Origin: Candidatus Bathyarchaeota archaeon
GTDB taxonomy: Archaea; Thermoproteota; Bathyarchaeia; Bathyarchaeales; Bathycorpusculaceae
Direction: 5' to 3'
Assembly (NCBI GenBank): GCA_963782525.1
Contig: CAWAKC010000006.1
Coordinates: forward strand, 32,001 to 96,000
Length of the DNA: 64,000 nucleotides
The position numbers and the translations under genes are program-made. The notes beneath the pieces are model-generated. The model had not been told where the DNA came from. It did no database searches and saw nothing but the letters and a program-made list of their open reading frames with translations. This document shows, one piece after another, positions 57,743-64,000 of the stretch (the stretch's first letter is position 1; each line of letters begins with the position of its first letter).

Positions 57743-59017
57743 TTAGTTTTTGATTTTTTCAACCAGTTTATCAATTGTAATTGTGCTTTGTTGTCGATTC
57801 GCTAAATCCTTGAGCACCACGGCGCCTTCTTTGAGTTCTCGCTCGCCAACGATAACTGCGAAATCGACTTTGCGTTTGTCGGCGTCTTCGAGGGCTTTAG
57901 CCATTTTTCTGCCCATCACTTCAAACTCCACAGTCACACCGGCCAAACGCAGTTGCTGGGCAATTTTTAGCGCTTCAGATTTCATTGTTTCAGTGATGGG
58001 TAAAACCGCAACCTTCTTCGCGGCCTTTACAGAGAGCACTGTTTTCTGAGTTAGTAAAGCGATAGCGATGCGGTCGATTCCATGGGCGCAGCCGACTGCT
58101 GATGTAGGTTCGCCGCCGAATGCTTCGATCAGCTTATCGTATCGTCCGCCGCCGCCCAAAGCAATATCCAATCCAGGTATGTAAATTTCAAAAATCATGC
58201 CCGTATAGTACTCTAAACCTCGGGCAAATGATGGTTCAACCGCAAGAGTAAGATCGGCACTTTCAGAAACGAGTTTAAGGATTTCAGCGAGGTTTTCTAC
58301 TGCAGTCTTCGCTTTCTCGTAGCCTACAACGTAACTTTGAAGTTGCTCAACCACGTCAAGCCAATCGTTGCCCTTAACAGCGATCAGACCTTCTAACTTG
58401 GCTCGGCATTTCTTGGATTCTACTAGCTTAAGTGCTTCATCATACTCTTTTTTATCCATCCTCTGCAAGATTGCATTCTGGGTTTTCTCGTCGATGCCTT
58501 CTTGGCTGAGGATGCCTCGAATGACGCCTATGTGCCCGATTTTAAATGCGTAACCATGCAGCCCCAGTAATTTCATAAAGTTATTCGTCAGCAAAACTAC
58601 TTCAGCGTCGGCTTCAGGTTTAGCTGAACCCATTAATTCAAAGTTTGATTGCCAAAACTCGCGGTACCGACCACGCTGGGGTTCATCATAACGGTAAACT
58701 GTGCCAACGGAGAACAAGCGGAAAGGTTTAGGTTCGTTCCTGAGAGCAGTAGTGGCTAACCTTGCTATTGAAGCTGTGAACTCTGGGCGCAACGCCACTT
58801 GGCGGTTGCCGAGGTCTTTGAAAATGAACATGCGCTGGCGGATTTCTTCGCCCGATTTGGCACTTAAAAGTTCAAGCGGCTCAACATGAGGTGTTATGAC
58901 TTCTTTGTAACCATAGAGCTGAGCGGTTTCTCTCGCTTCAGTTATGATGTAAGTGAAGGTTTTGGCATCTTCACCGATTAGATCTCTCATTCCGCGGACA
59001 GGCTGAAAAGCTGGCAT
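57743..59017 (-). CDS. hisS: Histidyl-tRNA synthetase
   Basis: LRPEFT, YRYDEPQRGRYREF.Q, RGLEYYTG and GGGRYD motifs. Confidence 0.96.
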   Translation of the reverse strand: MPAFQPVRGMRDLIGEDAKTFTYIITEARETAQLYGYKEVITPHVEPLELLSAKSGEEIRQRMFIFKDLGNRQVALRPEFTASIARLATTALRNEPKPFRLFSVGTVYRYDEPQRGRYREFWQSNFELMGSAKPEADAEVVLLTNNFMKLLGLHGYAFKIGHIGVIRGILSQEGIDEKTQNAILQRMDKKEYDEALKLVESKKCRAKLEGLIAVKGNDWLDVVEQLQSYVVGYEKAKTAVENLAEILKLVSESADLTLAVEPSFARGLEYYTGMIFEIYIPGLDIALGGGGRYDKLIEAFGGEPTSAVGCAHGIDRIAIALLTQKTVLSVKAAKKVAVLPITETMKSEALKIAQQLRLAGVTVEFEVMGRKMAKALEDADKRKVDFAVIVGERELKEGAVVLKDLANRQQSTITIDKLVEKIKN

Positions 59018-59071
59018 GCATGTTTGCTCCTAAACAAGCTAATTGGTGCAATTATTCTATTAAACTCTCGC

Positions 59072-59875
59072 TCACGGCTTGATGGCTTCGACTTCCAATC
59101 TAACCATAGCCAAATGAACAGTACCTTCTGCATCAACTGGGTGATTTGTAATATAGCGGCTAACGATTTCCTTCACGAAGCTATCTCGCTGTTGAATTGG
59201 TATCCGTTCGGTGAAAGGCAGCCATGTAGTGCAAATCCACCCAGTCAATCCCTCAGCACTTGGGAACTTCATGTCCCGAGGAAAAAGCTCAACCCTCACC
59301 GGCTTCAAACCCGTCTGCAATAGCAACTGCTTGTATTCTTGGGGGTTTAGGAAGGCATAAGGAAACGTGAAGCCCTCAAAATAGCATCTCCACTGTGGCA
59401 AAACAAGCAGCTCATCGAAAAGGCTCAGCACTGCCTGTGCGTTGCCTTTGCCTGCCATTTGGAAGAGGATTCTGCCAAGTGGCTTTAGGCTTCTTTGTAC
59501 ACCCTTTAGGACTGCTTTCTGGTCTATTATCCAGTGTAATGCAGCGTTGGAGAAGGCTATGTCAAATTCCTCTTGAAAGGGGATGTTTCGGGCATCTATC
59601 ACTTTGAAAGTGATATTGGGGCACTGCTCGAAGGGAAAAGTGGTTTTTGCTAGCTTTATCATTTCAGGGGAACTGTCGATACCGACGACTTTGCCGTTTG
59701 GCAAGGCTTTTGCGATTTCTGCAGTGATTTTGCCGTCGCCGCAGCCAATATCCAGTAGAGCTTCGTTGCCTTGTAGTTTCAGCTTCGGAATTAGTTCTTT
59801 TGCCCATTGAAACTGGTTCTGTGAGTTTTTAGCGTAGTCTTTTGCATCCCAACCGTAGTTCTTGGATCTACTCAT
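59072..59875 (-). CDS. Class I SAM-dependent methyltransferase (Tam-like)
   Basis: LDIGCGDG and FSNAALHW motifs. Confidence 0.88.
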   Translation of the reverse strand: MSRSKNYGWDAKDYAKNSQNQFQWAKELIPKLKLQGNEALLDIGCGDGKITAEIAKALPNGKVVGIDSSPEMIKLAKTTFPFEQCPNITFKVIDARNIPFQEEFDIAFSNAALHWIIDQKAVLKGVQRSLKPLGRILFQMAGKGNAQAVLSLFDELLVLPQWRCYFEGFTFPYAFLNPQEYKQLLLQTGLKPVRVELFPRDMKFPSAEGLTGWICTTWLPFTERIPIQQRDSFVKEIVSRYITNHPVDAEGTVHLAMVRLEVEAIKP

Positions 59876-60446
59876 CTTCGTCTTGGTCCTGCGCTATTTT
59901 GTTGAAGCTTAACGGAGAGACTGAGTAATGTACAACCTCGCCGCGGCGATTTGTGACAGCTAGAATTAGTTCTTTCTTTTGGCTGTTGCATTTGGTTAAT
60001 GCGTCTGCAAGGTCGTTTACGGGGAGTGGTTTGCCTTCTTGTGTAATCATGATCAGGTAGGGTGCGGTGTCTTTGCCGTAGGTGCCGCGTTCGTATATGC
60101 GGAAGTCGATGCCGCCGCCGAAGCCTTCACGAACTACGTAGCCCCGGCTGCGTAGGTCGCGGTAAACGAGGTAGTTGACCCAGGCGTTGTCGTTTTGGGT
60201 TTCGTAACAATGTAGTAGGCTTTGAAAATCGATGTTTTTGCCTTTTTCGTCTTTGATCTCAAGCATGCCCTTATCTAAAAGATATAATGATTCGTAAAAG
60301 GTGAGTTTGAAAACTTTATTCTCTAATGTACCGTAGCCGCGTGATGAAAGAGCATCTATGTTGCTTTGTTCGGAAACGATGACGCCCTTCTCAGATAGGA
60401 CACCGCTCGTTCGAAATTCCACTGGAGCCTTTTTGGTATCACTCAT
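59868..60446 (-). CDS. endA: tRNA splicing endonuclease, probable structural (non-catalytic) subunit
   Basis: VYRDLRSRGY.V..G...DFRIY; the catalytic His position reads T (KDTAPY). Confidence 0.8.
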   Translation of the reverse strand: MSDTKKAPVEFRTSGVLSEKGVIVSEQSNIDALSSRGYGTLENKVFKLTFYESLYLLDKGMLEIKDEKGKNIDFQSLLHCYETQNDNAWVNYLVYRDLRSRGYVVREGFGGGIDFRIYERGTYGKDTAPYLIMITQEGKPLPVNDLADALTKCNSQKKELILAVTNRRGEVVHYSVSPLSFNKIAQDQDEDE

Positions 60447-60466
60447 TACTTAACCCTTGCTTTTTG

Positions 60467-61495
60467 CTAGACTTTTCCTTTTCTAAATTCGTCAAATTCC
60501 TTGCTATAGATAACTCTATCTTCGGTTATGATGGCTGTGACATATTTGAGTGGTGTAGGGTCAAACGATGGGTTCATAACGTTGACGCCGTTAGGTGCAA
60601 TTTGCACGCTACCTATGTGGGTGACTTCCTCAGGCTTTCTTTCCTCAACTTCGACTTCGGAGGCTTTGCGGCTTAGGTCAAATGTCGATTTTGGTGCGGC
60701 GACGTAGAATGGGATTTTGTGTTCATGTGCTAACACCGCGACGGCGTATGTGCCGATCTTGTTGAAAACGGCGTCTTGGACGATGCGGTCGGCGCCAACA
60801 ATAACCAAGTTGACGAGGCCTTTACTCATTACGTAGCCCGCCATGTTATCCGTAATCAATGTAACGGGTATCCCGTCGCGTTTAAGCTCGTATGTAGTTA
60901 GTCTTGCGCCCTGAAGAAGCGGTCTGGTTTCGTCGGCGATGACCTTGATTTTTTTGCCTTCTTCCCAAGCTGCGCGGACAACACCCAAGGCAGTTCCGTA
61001 TTCGACAGTTGCCAACTCCCCAGCATTGCAATGGGTGAGGATTGTGTCGCCGTCTTTGATGAGGACTGAGCCGTTTTTGCCCATGGCGTGGTTTTGGGCG
61101 GCATCTTCGTCGGCAATTTTCTGAGCCTCCTCAATAACTGTTGCTTTGATTTCTTCAACATCGCCTAAAACGTTCTTGGCTTTATTTAGGACACGGTCTA
61201 CGCCCCAGAACAGGTTCACAGCGGTTGGTCTTTGACGTTTAATTACTGTGCCAGCAGTTTCCAGTTCCGATAACAATTTTTCTTTAGTTTTGGCATGTGA
61301 GTGGTAAGCTGCTAACGCTACGCCGAACCCTGCGGCTGCACCCAAAAGTGGGGCGCCTCTGACGCGGAGGACTTTTATGGCTTCAGCCATCTGGTCGACT
61401 GTTCGAATTTCTATGGTGACTTCTTGGAGGGGCAGTTTGGTTTGGTCGAGTGTGATTACTTTTCCGTTTTGCCACTTGATCATCCGCATATTCAT
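60467..61495 (-). CDS. mtnA: S-methyl-5-thioribose-1-phosphate isomerase (eIF-2B-like)
   Basis: DQ..LP, VRGAP, RPTAVNL, THCNAG, ETRP..QG.RLT and NKIGTY motifs. Confidence 0.9.
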   Translation of the reverse strand: MNMRMIKWQNGKVITLDQTKLPLQEVTIEIRTVDQMAEAIKVLRVRGAPLLGAAAGFGVALAAYHSHAKTKEKLLSELETAGTVIKRQRPTAVNLFWGVDRVLNKAKNVLGDVEEIKATVIEEAQKIADEDAAQNHAMGKNGSVLIKDGDTILTHCNAGELATVEYGTALGVVRAAWEEGKKIKVIADETRPLLQGARLTTYELKRDGIPVTLITDNMAGYVMSKGLVNLVIVGADRIVQDAVFNKIGTYAVAVLAHEHKIPFYVAAPKSTFDLSRKASEVEVEERKPEEVTHIGSVQIAPNGVNVMNPSFDPTPLKYVTAIITEDRVIYSKEFDEFRKGKV

Positions 61496-61559
61496 TTACC
61501 TCAAAACATTAATGTAATAACGGATATTTGTGGACGGTTGTGTTAAAGATTTTCTGTCT

Positions 61560-61961
61560 CTAACGATTGAAGCGTTGAACTAAATCAAAGAGGTTTCCAT
61601 ATAAATCCTCAAAAACCACTTCAACGCCCCACTCCCGCATCTCGGGCTTACCATAAAACTTTACGCCTTTTGCCTTCATCACTTTGTGATCTCTTCGGCA
61701 ATCATCAGTTTCTAGCGTAAGAAAAACATGATCTCCCGCTTGCTTTCCCAAAGCCTTGCGCTTATCATCACTGTCAGCCACCACAAACGTTAACTCAGGA
61801 TCACTTTGACCTTTCAGTGAAACCGTAACCCACCGCATGTTTCCCCATAAAATGGTGTCTTGCCGTTTTTGGAATCCGAGTTTTTCAATATAGAATTTTA
61901 GGGCTTCGTCTTGGTCTTTGACGAGGAGGGTTATATGGCCGATTTTGTTCAATGTTCTCAC
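61560..61961 (-). CDS. VOC/glyoxalase family protein
   Basis: H....V.D...A..FY..KLGF ... D.YGN. Confidence 0.88.
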   Translation of the reverse strand: MRTLNKIGHITLLVKDQDEALKFYIEKLGFQKRQDTILWGNMRWVTVSLKGQSDPELTFVVADSDDKRKALGKQAGDHVFLTLETDDCRRDHKVMKAKGVKFYGKPEMREWGVEVVFEDLYGNLFDLVQRFNR

Positions 61962-62003
61962 TCAATTGGTTAACTAAATGGAAAAGGTTGCTTAAGTTTT
62001 CGC

Positions 62004-62756
62004 TTAAGCGGATGTGTCAAAGGGGGATTTTAGGTGAGTGACAACTTCGACTGGGCTATCTTCGCCTGATTTTAGTCGTTTCTTCCATTCCTCGCCAACA
62101 GCGATAAGTGAAAAGATGCCTGAAACCTCAGCCTTCGACTTCTTCACAAGGTTCACAAGCGCCTCTTGGGTTTCGCCGCTCTTAATCATGTCGTCAACAA
62201 CGAGCACGGAGTCACGTTTTTTGATTGATTCTTTGGGGATATAGAGTGTAACGGTGACTCCTGAGTCTCTACCGAGAATGTAGGTTTCTTCGAGGAAGGC
62301 TTTGACGCCCACTTCTTTGTTGCGTTTGGCAACTATGAGGTTTACGCCCAAGGAGTTGGCGACCATGGTGGCGAGCGGGATGCCGTCGACGGCTGCTGTT
62401 AGGATTTTTGTTACCCGTTTGCCCGCGAAGTTGGCGAGGGCGTGGTTTGCGGCTTGTTGGAGAATGTTGTAGTCGCCGACGATTTCGGTGTTGTCAAAGT
62501 AGCCGATGTCGTCGAATTTTATTCTGCTGCGCAGTTCCGCTTCTAAACCGACGAGTTTGGTTAACACGCGCCAGAGCTGTTTGGCTCTTGTCGTGTTTGG
62601 AAGCACGTGGCCTTTTGCGTAGCGGCTAAGAACAGTGACGGGTAAGCCTGTTTTTGAGGCTAATTCCCGGTAAGTAATGTTTCGCTTGTACTTTGCAGTT
62701 CGTAACAGTTCGATTGTCATTAAGCGAAGTTTCAAATCTTCTGCGTGAGTGCTCAT
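62004..62756 (-). CDS. HTH plus phosphoribosyltransferase (PurR-like architecture)
   Basis: N-terminal HTH (YRELAS.TGL..TVLSRY); PRPP motif VVDDMIKSGET. Confidence 0.85.
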   Translation of the reverse strand: MSTHAEDLKLRLMTIELLRTAKYKRNITYRELASKTGLPVTVLSRYAKGHVLPNTTRAKQLWRVLTKLVGLEAELRSRIKFDDIGYFDNTEIVGDYNILQQAANHALANFAGKRVTKILTAAVDGIPLATMVANSLGVNLIVAKRNKEVGVKAFLEETYILGRDSGVTVTLYIPKESIKKRDSVLVVDDMIKSGETQEALVNLVKKSKAEVSGIFSLIAVGEEWKKRLKSGEDSPVEVVTHLKSPFDTSA

Positions 62757-62942
62757 TTTCCCTTAACCCCAATTTTACATTTATAAGTTAATTATTATAT
62801 GGTATTTAGTATTGTATCTTGCCAATTTATAACTTTCCGTTAAAATTAAATTGAAACCACCAAGAATTTCTCAGCCTTCAACGCTTTATCATTAACCTTT
62901 TTAGATGCAACCTTAACTGCTATACTTAAAGGGGGGACTTGG

Positions 62943-63491
62943 ATGCAGAAGATTCAGCGATTATTCATAGTTGCGCTCTTCGGAGCCGTAATCTTCGTTA
63001 CCAATGTGTTCCTGCCGCCCCCATTAAACTACCTTATCATTGTCGTCCAAGCTGTACTGCTGGCTTTAAGTGCTCTGTTCATCCCAAAAGGCGGCGCAAT
63101 GTACGTTGGCGCAGTCGGTGGACTCTTAACCGCTTTGGTCAGCCCAGCCCTTGGACCGTTCACGTTCTTCTTCGCTTTCCTCTTTGGTGTATTCGTCGAT
63201 GTTTTCCTATTTGTCTTCAAAATTAAGGGTTCTCCTCAAGGAGTAAACCGCAACAGGTTAATTGCAGCTATGGCTGTGGCCACACTGTTGATTGCGGTTT
63301 CAAGCTATTCTGCTTTCGCTATTTTTCCGGAGTACATTAATTCGCAGGGTTTCTCGATTGTTAGTTTGTTTGTGCAGAGAAGCACAATGCTCGACATGCT
63401 CGTGTTGTTTATGGGTCCAGCGACGGGTGCCGTGGCGGGTTACGCAACTGCGTACCTTTGGAATAAGTACCTACGGCACATTAACGTCTAG
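62943..63491 (+). CDS. Integral membrane protein, ECF S-component-like
   Basis: 5-6 TM with an A.F.A-type first helix. Confidence 0.5.
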   Translation: MQKIQRLFIVALFGAVIFVTNVFLPPPLNYLIIVVQAVLLALSALFIPKGGAMYVGAVGGLLTALVSPALGPFTFFFAFLFGVFVDVFLFVFKIKGSPQGVNRNRLIAAMAVATLLIAVSSYSAFAIFPEYINSQGFSIVSLFVQRSTMLDMLVLFMGPATGAVAGYATAYLWNKYLRHINV

Positions 63492-63757
63492 AGCTGCATT
63501 TCCTTAATTTTTTGGTCAACGAGTTTGGCGACCATCAAATTGGAAACGTAAACACATTTGACCCCAAGCAACTCTGCAAGCTCTGCAGGCTTCCGATATT
63601 GCGTAACCAAAATCAAGCCATGCTTACCCGCGTACTCGACGATGTCGCGGTCCTTAGCAATCTTTAAACCTGCTTCTTCAGAAGTTACAGCTTCATAGCC
63701 TAAAGTTTCAAAGTATTCTTTTAAGCCAGCGTACATTTCATCCAGGAGTATCTTCAT
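63488..63757 (-). CDS. Mut7-C/DUF5615 PIN-like small protein
   Basis: ILLDEM...L...GY ... D.DI..YA.....LVT; the usual Asp after T reads Y. Confidence 0.75.
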   Translation of the reverse strand: MKILLDEMYAGLKEYFETLGYEAVTSEEAGLKIAKDRDIVEYAGKHGLILVTQYRKPAELAELLGVKCVYVSNLMVAKLVDQKIKEMQL

Positions 63758-63800
63758 GCTTGCTGTGTTGGAAATATAGATTATTTTAGCTTTTCCCTAC

Positions 63801-64000
63801 TCAGTCTATGAGCAGTATCGCGAAGGATTCTGGGTTCTTGGCAAACGGAAAAATAACTGAGATTCCAGCGTTAGCAGCGGTTTTTTTTACGTTCACGCCG
63901 ACTGCATCTTCTGACCACCTTGCCAAGTTGGGGTTGCGGCAAATGCGTGTTTCGGTGTTGCATTTTTCGCAGAGTTGGCAATGCCCAGAAATGAACGAAA
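63801..64000 (-). CDS. 3' part of a DUF2284-like Cys-rich protein (runs off the window)
   Basis: GHCQLCEKC....CRNP.LAR.S..A.G.NV..T ... LLID*. Confidence 0.7.
   Translation of the reverse strand, partial: SFISGHCQLCEKCNTETRICRNPNLARWSEDAVGVNVKKTAANAGISVIFPFAKNPESFAILLID

Noticed and set aside
63915-63940. Apparent frameshift in the DUF2284-like gene
   Set aside because: Recounting the G4 run gives a continuous frame (CRNPNLAR).

Overview
Archaeal genomic DNA. Bathyarchaeia (TACK) is the most likely source; this is inferred from gene content and not computed. Bases 1-5.4 kb are the end of an integrated element whose zinc-ribbon tyrosine integrase converges on the 3' end of tRNA-Pro(GGG). Bases 5.6-34 kb and 47.8-64 kb are mostly housekeeping and metabolic genes: htpX-like protease, trpS, glgP with a PAS-only partner, pyrI, M16 peptidase, ABC exporter, mgtA, metY-metX-metW with a divergent HTH-CBS regulator, MFS, HtrA, purA, M20 peptidase, nadA, nikR/NiCoT, NOP2/Sun plus NIP7, glnA, hisS, a non-catalytic splicing endonuclease subunit and mtnA. 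Bases ~34.1-47.3 kb form an AT-richer, partly decayed plasmid/virus-like island. It carries a tyrosine recombinase, an RHH-led operon of small orphan genes, a PD-(D/E)XK-like nuclease, collagen-like and Ig-like surface proteins, a complete IS with a 7-bp target duplication, and a run of genes each broken by one in-frame stop. The best leads are a ~130-nt structured ncRNA candidate at 25.5 kb, the island itself, a putative HTH-CBS methionine regulator with palindromic operators, a candidate defence gene pair in the tRNA-Pro element, MgtA with a C-terminal wHTH-like tail, and the glgP-PAS coupling. All family calls come from recognising motifs by eye, not from database searches.
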